Shown: positions 1 through 5,997 of the stretch, in pieces
How the letters are laid out: the number at the start of each line of letters is the position of its first letter
Position numbering within the stretch: the first letter of the stretch is position 1
IMG/VR virus record: IMGVR_UViG_3300020030_000142
Coordinates: 1 to 6,114 of that record
DNA length: 6,114 nt
From: a virus
Direction: 5' to 3' (one strand)
The notes under the pieces: model-generated
Told to the model about the DNA's origin: nothing
Seen by the model: the letters and a program-made list of their open reading frames with translations, nothing else
Databases searched by the model: none
Position numbers and translations under genes: made by a program

Positions 1-10
1 GCTAAAATAC

Positions 11-54
11 CGGAGCGGGGCGCTCCTATAAGGAAGTCGCTCCGCTCCGTTTTT
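11..54. terminator. Strong GC-rich stem-loop flanked by A-run and T-run (bidirectional intrinsic-terminator-like); second copy at 6006..6049
   Basis: cggagcggggcg (11..22) pairs with cgctccgctccg (38..49): 12 bp with one G-T wobble. An inner tcc/gga (24..26 with 32..34) closes a tataa loop. ttttt follows on the + strand (50..54). On the coding (minus) strand the stem is followed by GTATTTTAGC. It lies downstream of the last gene (VP2 stop at 125..127). An alternative fold exists, since ggagcg 12..17 can also pair with cgctcc 20..25. Confidence 0.5.
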
Positions 55-59
55 CGACC

Positions 60-110
60 AGGCCCTACGCGGGCGGCGGGTGTATATCGCTCAAACGCCG
101 CGATGGGCTT
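60..110. other. Two-tier GC-rich stem-loop with an AT-rich 17-nt loop carrying a TGTATA/TATACA motif; second copy at 6055..6105
   Basis: Outer stem aggccc (60..65) pairs with gggctt (105..110), with one G-T wobble. Inner stem gcggcg (73..78) pairs with cgccgc (96..101), all G-C. The loop 79..95 is ggtgtatatcgctcaaa, which reads TTTGAGCGATATACACC on the viral strand. Confidence 0.55.
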
Positions 111-124
111 CTAGTCCTGAAAGA

Positions 125-1240
125 TTATTTACGGCCAATAGAATTACCAACACCTTGAAATATACGGGTACCATAATCAATGGCATTACGCAGCTCATAA
201 GAATTGACATCCTTCTGTTTCTGTTTAGAAGACCATTTATAATAATCACGTAAGGCCTTATCCTTAGAGTACTCTATATTCTTAAGAACATTGGTATTCT
301 TAGAATCCCATAGAGAAGACAAACCACGGGCACGATTAGCCTGTATATTAGCATAAATCAGCGAATCAGCGGTCTGCTGAGCAATCTTATTACTAATACG
401 AATACCGTTCGTTTCAGCGGAAGTCTTAACGGCTTGGGCCATCTGGTTTTTATATTGAGCTTCAGAAAGAGCACCTTGAGCATACAAATTAGCCAATGTC
501 TGGCCTTTAATAAACAGGTCAGCCTGCTGCTGCTCATCAAGGTACTTATTCAATATCTGCTGTGCTTGAGAATCGAGCAAAATCTGAGATTCCTGAGCAG
601 ACGTAAGACGACCGGCAAACTCCAGGTTCTTAAGCTCCTGGTATTCCTTAGACTGATCCAACAGAGCAGAACGCCTGCCAGAAGAAGCATTCCAGTAACC
701 GGACTCACCAATACCAATGTTACGGTAATCAGTAGCACCGCGAATCTGGTCAATCTTATACGGCGTAAGAGCAGCGTTCTGTTCAGCATCAAGCATGGCA
801 GCACGTGCATGGGCCATAGAAGCCAACGCAGAACCGACATCAGAGAAATCAGGACGGAAAGCCTGCAAACTAGGAGCGGAGGAAGCGGAGGCAGCTGCGC
901 CACCAGAGGCGGGGGACCTAGAGCCAGCCATGGCAGCAGAACCTTGGACAAAAGGATTCAAGCCACGAGAAATCATGGCATTGGGGGAATTGTAAGAATT
1001 GTTCATTCCCCACATCTTTTCCTGCCAATCACGCTGAATCTGTGCTTGATGGGCATTAAACGCATTATTCTCACGATTGATATCAACACTAGTCTGATTG
1101 GTCTTATTCTGCAAAGAAGCACCAATAGCATTACCGGCAAGTGAAGCGCCGGCAGCAATAATACCGCCAAGAACAAGCGGAGTAATATGTTTTTCGGAGT
1201 GCCCCATCAAGGGGCCTTCTCCAATCTCATAGAATCTCAT
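125..1240 (-). CDS. VP2: DNA pilot / minor capsid protein (VP2, phiX174 H-like), 371 aa
   Basis: An N-terminal Gly/Ala-rich hydrophobic segment (PLVLGGIIAAGASLAGNAIGA) is followed by QRDWQEKMWGMNNSYNSPNAMISRGLNPF. That block resembles the conserved FQE(R/K)M...N(T/S)AYQR...AGLNP block of microvirus VP2 proteins. The rest is Q/A/S-rich and coiled-coil-like. The ATG at 1240..1238 overlaps the upstream stop as ATGA. The gene follows capsid and scaffold genes and has T-ending codon bias. An alternative start at Met12 is possible. Confidence 0.85.
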   Translation of the reverse strand: MRFYEIGEGPLMGHSEKHITPLVLGGIIAAGASLAGNAIGASLQNKTNQTSVDINRENNAFNAHQAQIQRDWQEKMWGMNNSYNSPNAMISRGLNPFVQGSAAMAGSRSPASGGAAASASSAPSLQAFRPDFSDVGSALASMAHARAAMLDAEQNAALTPYKIDQIRGATDYRNIGIGESGYWNASSGRRSALLDQSKEYQELKNLEFAGRLTSAQESQILLDSQAQQILNKYLDEQQQADLFIKGQTLANLYAQGALSEAQYKNQMAQAVKTSAETNGIRISNKIAQQTADSLIYANIQANRARGLSSLWDSKNTNVLKNIEYSKDKALRDYYKWSSKQKQKDVNSYELRNAIDYGTRIFQGVGNSIGRK

Positions 1241-1680
1241 TGAGCACCGGTGTCAGGGGCGGGCGATTTATCGGGCGCTGACTGCTGCTCTGCCAACATT
1301 TCCTGGGCATATTTAGTAAGCTCAGACTTTTCACTAGCCAGCTGCTGCAAAACAGCCTGTCTTTCCGACATAGTCTGACAATGACGGGAAATAACACAAT
1401 TAAAACGTTCTTCATCAGTCATACCATCCATAGCAGTAGACTGGGTAGGATGCATTTGGGCAAGAATGTTCTGAACATTCATATCACCAAGCAGACGGCG
1501 ATATTTCTCCTGGTTAAGAAGAATCTGGGTCATATCCGATTGAATCAAATCACCATCAGGAGATTTGTCATACATAACACTGTCATATACAGACTGTTGA
1601 TAACACGGGTGTCCCTCAACCAACTCGGGAACAACCTCATTTTTAATATAATCGGGATTTTTATAAGCAAAATTTCTCAT
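1237..1680 (-). CDS. Putative internal scaffolding protein (VP3-like), 147 aa
   Basis: The ORF track gives 1237..1692, but 1692..1690 is a TTG immediately abutting the VP1 stop codon. The first ATG is at 1680..1678 (MRNFAYKNPDYIK...). The product is acidic and Q/E/M-rich, with the size and position typical of microvirus VP3. The stop TGA (1239..1237) overlaps the VP2 ATG. The function call rests on position and size only, with no diagnostic motif. Confidence 0.65.
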   Translation of the reverse strand: MRNFAYKNPDYIKNEVVPELVEGHPCYQQSVYDSVMYDKSPDGDLIQSDMTQILLNQEKYRRLLGDMNVQNILAQMHPTQSTAMDGMTDEERFNCVISRHCQTMSERQAVLQQLASEKSELTKYAQEMLAEQQSAPDKSPAPDTGAQ

Positions 1681-1692
1681 AACAGCACACAA

Positions 1693-3435
1693 TTAATAAG
1701 GTAAACCATTTCTATCCAAGTTCTGAACTGCATATACTTGGAAATTGACATTACACAATAACTGATCAAATGCAACGGAACAATCGTCAGAATCAATCTG
1801 AGGAACAAAAATAGAGTTCAACTGCTGGGGACGAACCTTCATAGACTGATAAGACCAAGCACCAGCGGAAGTCAATACCTGCCAACCATCAAGAGGTGCA
1901 GCCCAAGACTGATAGGCAGCACCGGCACGGAATCCGGCATGAACGGTATCAATATTGGATTTCCACTGCCAGTAGCGCAGATTATAACCCAAAGCACCGG
2001 AAACAGGACGACCAGGGTTATTCTGAAGATTAAGAGCAGGAACAGACTGCATACCAAGCTGGTCAAATGCGGGCTGCGGAAAGTCAGATATAGCAGTAAC
2101 AGTCAATTGGGGAGCCTGTCCTGTCAAATTCCAATCCAACATAGGTACGGCATGATAGACACACATAATAACTTGGTGTTCAGCACCACAGTCATAAGTA
2201 AGAGTATGTCCGGAATTACTAGACACACCTTTACCGGCAATAGAAGCCTGTGAAGAATCAGTATCAAGATTAGTGTTAACCACTTCATTGATATTGATTA
2301 CACTAGACCAACCTCCAATATAATGAGCATGATTACCCATGTATTCAGGAGCTTTGACACCAAACTGGGCAGCCATCTGGTCTGAATAATCCTTGCTAGA
2401 GAACTGTACTACCTCCTTCCAGCGCTGAAGATATTCAGTTGCACGAATTGAGATGGCGGAGAGGTCAGTATTGACACGAAGCAGTCTATCAGAATTAGTA
2501 GAGTTAGTTGAAGTTGTTTGCACAGTACTACCGCCAGAAAGATTACGAACAGATGAATTACTAATACCGTCAGTTGAACGAGCAAGAACAACATTAGTCG
2601 CAAGAGATCTATCAAGAGGCTGGAGGAACGCTACCGAACCATATTGGGAAGAAGGCAGCATACCCATGAAATAATCCTTAGGATAGTTCGCATAACGCAG
2701 CTGAACCATATCCGTAACCAATCCAATATTACCAGTGCCAGACCAATAATCTACATTGTAAGCATATGCCTTATGCTTTTCCCACTGGCTGTTGCTAAAG
2801 AAATCATAGTAAATCTTCTGGTAAGCAAGAAAAGGTAAAGCATTGACAGTCTGAGATGCATGATAAACCAAGGGGTTAACACCATCACTAAGGTTATCAA
2901 CACCTAGATAGGTCCGGGTAATAGCAGCCTTACCTGTATTATCACTAGCAATCATAGAACCATAACCAAGCATATCCAACAACTTACAAGTACCATAAGC
3001 AATAGGAAGACCTGCGTCGTCACGAGTATTAGACTGGTCTTGAGAATTAGCCACCTGAAGAAACAGACTAAGCAAAGACTGGGTAACATTAGGAACAGAA
3101 GTAAGTGCAGATGAATTTTTTGTAGAACTAGACGCACTAGTCATATAATCCGTCATCTGGGTAAATGCCTGCGGAAGCGCACGAGAAATCAAACGCAACG
3201 GCACAGCGTAAAAATCATAGTATTCCTTGATACGGGTATAGGCAGCCGTGTTAACCGGGACAGTACGGGTAAACCAGTCAGAAGAAATACGATACTTGTT
3301 ACCAGGAATAGCAATCTGCCAATAACATGGCAAAATTTCTCCGACTTTAGCGGTAAACAGTTTTTTTGAACTCAAGTCGAAAGATGAGCGATGAACAGGA
3401 ATCTTCGCCCGATCTAAAGGATTAAAATCACTCAT
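1693..3435 (-). CDS. VP1: Major capsid protein (VP1 / phiX174 F homologue), 580 aa
   Basis: Hallmark Microviridae capsid blocks are present: N-terminal HRSSFDLSSKKLFTAKVGEILP, then YPKDYFMGMLPSSQYG, then SIRATEYLQRWKE...AAQFGVKAPEYMGNHAHYIGG. ATG at 3435..3433, TAA at 1695..1693. It is the longest ORF and has strong T3 codon bias. Confidence 0.96.
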   Translation of the reverse strand: MSDFNPLDRAKIPVHRSSFDLSSKKLFTAKVGEILPCYWQIAIPGNKYRISSDWFTRTVPVNTAAYTRIKEYYDFYAVPLRLISRALPQAFTQMTDYMTSASSSTKNSSALTSVPNVTQSLLSLFLQVANSQDQSNTRDDAGLPIAYGTCKLLDMLGYGSMIASDNTGKAAITRTYLGVDNLSDGVNPLVYHASQTVNALPFLAYQKIYYDFFSNSQWEKHKAYAYNVDYWSGTGNIGLVTDMVQLRYANYPKDYFMGMLPSSQYGSVAFLQPLDRSLATNVVLARSTDGISNSSVRNLSGGSTVQTTSTNSTNSDRLLRVNTDLSAISIRATEYLQRWKEVVQFSSKDYSDQMAAQFGVKAPEYMGNHAHYIGGWSSVININEVVNTNLDTDSSQASIAGKGVSSNSGHTLTYDCGAEHQVIMCVYHAVPMLDWNLTGQAPQLTVTAISDFPQPAFDQLGMQSVPALNLQNNPGRPVSGALGYNLRYWQWKSNIDTVHAGFRAGAAYQSWAAPLDGWQVLTSAGAWSYQSMKVRPQQLNSIFVPQIDSDDCSVAFDQLLCNVNFQVYAVQNLDRNGLPY

Positions 3436-3451
3436 AATTAATTAATTAAAG

Positions 3452-5131
3452 TTAAACCATACGATTGAATATATTGTTAGCATCATTAAGCTGCTTATGC
3501 TTAATCATATCACAACAGAATGTCGAACTACGGTACCGGAGTTGCTCAAGAAGCTGAAGCGTTTCACTTGAAACGTCCTGCAAGACATCAAGCTCTTGCC
3601 CGTTCTGAGGCAACACAAACATACAATCCGATATGTTTGAGTATTGGGAACGAAGGTCATATGCATTTCGTAAATTTTCATAATCCGCTTTCTTTTCATA
3701 CTCTATACCTGTTTTAATGATAAAATCAATACGACCGGAGTAAGCACTAATATCAGAACCGAAGGAAGGCAAATGCCAGTTACGGAAGAATTTGTAGACA
3801 TATAGGAACAACCGATACAACTTATTAATATAAGATTCAACAGCGACATCACTAGAACAGTTACAGAACCTAGTAAGGCACCGAGAAGCATGTAATATAA
3901 TCTTGTCATCATCTGTAAGAATAGAGTTAACCTTAAGATATTGATAATAAGCACGAACAAGAGCTAGAACCAAACCTTGTTCATAATCAACGAATCCGAA
4001 CCTTGCAATTCTCTGCGGCGTTCGGTGCACAGCGCAAAGAATTCTAGCAATCGCAACACTATCGTCATTGCGAGCAGACGAGAATCGGGGCAATAAGGCA
4101 CGGATATACGACATGGGTGGAGTTGACCGAACACTGACGCCATTGAAATTGTAGACTCTTCCGTTAACGACAGAATCGATTTTTTGCTCAATTTGCGCAT
4201 AAGGGTCTTCACCTTCCACAAAGTCGCAGCCCTTCTCAAAGAATCCAATAGATGCTCGCGACCTGGGTCTAAACGCGCGGCATGAGCGATATAACAAGGG
4301 AGAAGAGCACAGGCTGTTAACGTAACTCGCAACGTACGAACCAGCTCCACCAGCGGAACGTTGGAAATCTGAACGACCGAGCTTCCAACTCTTATCGTGA
4401 CAGTATCGTAGAACCTCGGCGACCCTGTCCGAGTTTGTGAATAATAAGAGATGATAATGCGGACGGAAATGCACGGGTCCGTACTCACCCACAGCGTAGA
4501 AATGTAACGTTTCATAAGAACCTAATTTCAAAGACAAATGTTTACGTAAACGTTTAATATAATTCTGAACATCAACATAATTCAGGAAGGGAATAAGGTT
4601 ATCACGACCGTATTGTGCAGAAGCGGGATAATCCGTTTTGTCAACAGCTTGCGTCTTATTGATAAAACTACGAATAGCGTCCATACTAAGAAACCAATTG
4701 TCCTTAACAGGGACATATTCCTTAATCTCACGGTCAAACGGCACAGTGCCTTGTACCTGTTCGAAGAATATATGACGCAGCATGGAGTTATCACCACATT
4801 GATATTCAGAAACAGGGATATACTGATGATGTTCATGGCCAAAATGAATATCTCCTGAAATGCCTAAGGCATCCTCATAATCACTATGGAGAACCTTACA
4901 ATTCATAAGAGGAAGATGCGCATTGTCATAAGTAAGAGTTACAAAATAAGAATGCCCGAAAGCACTTCCAGCAGTCTTCACACGCATGGACGCCTTTTTT
5001 GCTTTCTTATGGATACAGTAATCACATTGACCGCAATCAACGGCAATGCGTGCACCAGTGTACTTGTTCGTGATAAACGAACGATGCTGACAATGATCAA
5101 CAGCCTTAAACAAATCAGGAGAAAATTTCAT
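3452..5131 (-). CDS. VP4: Rolling-circle replication initiation protein (VP4 / phiX174 A-like HUH endonuclease), 559 aa
   Basis: Motif I is FVTLTYD (aa 63-69). The HUH motif is PHYHLLLF, with HYH encoded as CAT TAT CAT at 4459..4451. The double-tyrosine motif GSYVASYVNS is at 4336..4319 (compare phiX174 gpA YVAKYVN). An N-terminal Cys cluster is CGQCDYC. ATG at 5131..5129 lies 2 nt after the upstream stop. Confidence 0.94.
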   Translation of the reverse strand: MKFSPDLFKAVDHCQHRSFITNKYTGARIAVDCGQCDYCIHKKAKKASMRVKTAGSAFGHSYFVTLTYDNAHLPLMNCKVLHSDYEDALGISGDIHFGHEHHQYIPVSEYQCGDNSMLRHIFFEQVQGTVPFDREIKEYVPVKDNWFLSMDAIRSFINKTQAVDKTDYPASAQYGRDNLIPFLNYVDVQNYIKRLRKHLSLKLGSYETLHFYAVGEYGPVHFRPHYHLLLFTNSDRVAEVLRYCHDKSWKLGRSDFQRSAGGAGSYVASYVNSLCSSPLLYRSCRAFRPRSRASIGFFEKGCDFVEGEDPYAQIEQKIDSVVNGRVYNFNGVSVRSTPPMSYIRALLPRFSSARNDDSVAIARILCAVHRTPQRIARFGFVDYEQGLVLALVRAYYQYLKVNSILTDDDKIILHASRCLTRFCNCSSDVAVESYINKLYRLFLYVYKFFRNWHLPSFGSDISAYSGRIDFIIKTGIEYEKKADYENLRNAYDLRSQYSNISDCMFVLPQNGQELDVLQDVSSETLQLLEQLRYRSSTFCCDMIKHKQLNDANNIFNRMV

Positions 5132-5133
5132 AA

Positions 5134-5442
5134 CTATTTACATTTATAGATTATCTGACGACGATTACGGCCACCAAACGAAATATGAATAAACGTAGGA
5201 TATAATATCAACTGGTCAAATGCATGAGCATTATCCGAATAACTATGGATATGCTCAAGTAACCGACTATAACTAGTAGAGCCATAAGGCTTAATATCAA
5301 TAGCCTCTCCAAACAGATGCTGAGAATTAGGGACACCACCGGCAGCCTCATTCTCAGCAATAGAGCGTTTAGCACTTGTTATCGTAAAATGCAAGTTAGA
5401 AGACAACAGATGCTCAAGAAAATCCATAAGAGCGCTATTCAT
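5134..5442 (-). CDS. Peptidase M15 family (M15_3 / VanY-like zinc D-Ala-D-Ala carboxypeptidase fold) cell-wall hydrolase, 102 aa; putative endolysin
   Basis: ITSAKRSIAENEAAGGVPNSQHLFGEAIDI matches the S-x-x-R...GG...SxHxxGxAxD signature. The predicted zinc ligands are H42 (5319..5317), D49 (5298..5296) and H86 in FIHIS (5187..5185). There is no signal peptide or cell-wall-binding domain. T-ending codon usage matches the core genes. The ATG overlaps the upstream micro-ORF stop as ATGA. Confidence 0.87.
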   Translation of the reverse strand: MNSALMDFLEHLLSSNLHFTITSAKRSIAENEAAGGVPNSQHLFGEAIDIKPYGSTSYSRLLEHIHSYSDNAHAFDQLILYPTFIHISFGGRNRRQIIYKCK

Positions 5443-5522
5443 AATCCAATAGAATTAAGGATATAACCAAGAGCTGCCGAAACAGCTCCAATCACAATTT
5501 TCCAAATGTTATTACTTTTCAT
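5439..5522 (-). CDS. 27-aa single-pass transmembrane micro-ORF (MKSNNIWKIVIGAVSAALGYILNSIGL); candidate holin-like or membrane partner of the M15 peptidase
   Basis: This is the C-terminal part of track ORF 5439..5714, starting at an internal ATG (5522..5520) preceded by AAGGTGATC. 15 of 27 codons end in T, like genuine genes, versus roughly 20% T3 in the upstream part of the same frame. It has one hydrophobic helix after a short basic N-terminus. Its start overlaps the ORF65 end by 11 nt and its TGA overlaps the peptidase ATG. Confidence 0.5.
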   Translation of the reverse strand: MKSNNIWKIVIGAVSAALGYILNSIGL

Positions 5523-5709
5523 GATCACCTTGATTTTTAAGTTCAACAAAATCATTTTCTTCTTTAATCGAGTCCACAACAACGACAAAACCCAGTGGAC
5601 AAAAACGTTCACAATAGCGTCCAAGGCCATTGAGAGAATTGACAACATAAGGTAAAAAAACATCACGACCAGTGTTCCTGTCTTTAACTGAAATAATAAA
5701 TCTTTGCAT
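5512..5709 (-). CDS. Hypothetical protein, 65 aa; first gene downstream of the promoter
   Basis: ATG at 5709..5707 follows an AT-rich leader about 45 nt downstream of the predicted promoter. 36 of 65 codons end in T by hand count, matching VP1, VP4 and the M15 gene. The sequence looks soluble (MQRFIISVKDRNTGRDVFLPYVVNS...). I recognise no family motif. Confidence 0.7.
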   Translation of the reverse strand: MQRFIISVKDRNTGRDVFLPYVVNSLNGLGRYCERFCPLGFVVVVDSIKEENDFVELKNQGDHEK

Positions 5710-5758
5710 AACAATAATAATTTTAAATATTAATAATAATTGTAACTCCTACAGGGTG

Positions 5759-5789
5759 CAAAGGTATGAGTTTTTTTCGTATTTCCAAA
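5759..5789 (-). promoter_or_regulatory. Bacteroidota-type sigma-A promoter: -33 TTTG, 19-nt spacer, -7 TAccTTTG
   Basis: The minus strand reads TTTG (5789..5786), then GAAATACGAAAAAAACTCA (19 nt), then TACCTTTG (5766..5759). That is an exact match to the Bacteroides consensus TTTG / TAnnTTTG. It faces the gene array with no intervening ORF, and the predicted TSS is near 5750..5756. An A/T tract lies immediately upstream. Confidence 0.6.
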
Positions 5790-5802
5790 AAATTTTTTTT
5801 TT
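5787..5802. promoter_or_regulatory. A6-T10 homopolymer junction (A10T6 on the coding strand) overlapping and lying upstream of the -33 element; UP-element-like or bendable tract
   Basis: aaaaaa (5787..5792) is followed directly by tttttttttt (5793..5802). Confidence 0.4.
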
Positions 5803-5869
5803 AGAGATTGTGGGGAGAGGACCATTTGTGATGGAGTGTGAGTTATGCGTTTATGGACAAGAGATAGAG

Positions 5870-5892
5870 AATCCGAGAGGATAACTCGGATT
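5870..5892. other. Perfect 8-bp inverted repeat with a 7-nt loop
   Basis: aatccgag (5870..5877) and ctcggatt (5885..5892) are exact reverse complements, with loop aggataa. tttgc follows on the + strand. Confidence 0.5.
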
Positions 5893-5954
5893 TGCTTCGC
5901 ACACAACTAGGGGCTTCGCTTAATTGACAAGTGGATGTATACAGAAGTGTATAG

Positions 5955-5997
5955 GCACGGCAAGGCAGGAGCTGTCTTGCCTTTGCGCACTCCGTGC
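5955..5997. other. Nested GC-rich stem-loop spanning the repeat junction
   Basis: Outer stem gcacgg (5955..5960) pairs with ccgtgc (5992..5997). Inner stem caaggcag (5961..5968) pairs with ctgtcttg (5972..5979), with one G-T wobble and loop gag. A tgcgca palindrome sits at 5984..5989. Confidence 0.5.

Larger units (their letters stand above)
1..119. repeat. Terminal direct repeat, copy 1; circular-genome assembly overlap
   Basis: Base-by-base comparison shows 1..119 (gctaaaataccggagcgg...cttctagtcctg) identical to 5996..6114. The window ends exactly where the match ends, as expected for a circular contig with terminal redundancy. Unit length is 5995 nt. Confidence 0.97.

Noticed and set aside
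73-101. A dif-like XerC/XerD site could be present, since TGTATA equals the central hexamer of E. coli dif. That would imply integration like Bacteroidetes microvirus prophages.
   Set aside because: Only the hexamer matches. The flanking arms (gcggcggg / tcgctcaaacgccgc) do not resemble the dif arms I know, and I cannot recall a Bacteroidota dif consensus to compare. The idea is not supportable from sequence alone.
1-119. The 119-nt terminal direct repeats could be LTR-like ends or att sites of a mobile element or prophage.
   Set aside because: The match is exact and ends precisely at the window edges. The content between is a full microvirus gene set of typical size. A hairpin (5955..5997) runs straight across the junction. 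The repeat is best explained as a circular-assembly overlap.
871-879. The 9-mer ggagcggag in VP2 is the reverse complement of ctccgctcc in the intergenic hairpin (41..49), which might indicate long-range pairing.
   Set aside because: A single 9-nt inverted match in a 6-kb sequence is expected many times by chance.
795-995. A 66-aa Ala/Glu-rich + strand ORF and a local GC-rich patch sit inside VP2.
   Set aside because: The patch encodes the Ala/Ser/Gly-rich linker of VP2 (SAAMAGSRSPASGGAAASASSAPS) on the minus strand. The antisense ORF is a by-product of that composition.
434-1144. A 236-aa + strand ORF lies antisense to VP2, and other + strand ORFs such as 1381..1704, 1939..2253 and 4886..5149 lie antisense to other genes.
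   Set aside because: It is in the codon-aligned antisense frame. Stops there require sense codons TTA, CTA or TCA, which are avoided in this T-ending-codon genome. The translation is low-complexity and Leu/Ile/Arg-rich. It is a shadow ORF.
5439-5714. The full 91-aa ORF could be a 3-TM holin; it is coincidentally the same length as phiX174 E.
   Set aside because: It has a TTG start, and the first 64 codons have non-genomic codon usage. Their hydrophobicity is explained by frame-shifted T3 bias of ORF65. Only the last 27 codons look coding. It is kept as a low-probability alternative in the findings.
5672-5884. A 70-aa + strand ORF spans the promoter region.
   Set aside because: It runs through the A/T homopolymer tract and the promoter, overlaps ORF65 antisense, and has a low-complexity Ile/Asn-rich translation. 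There is no support for it.
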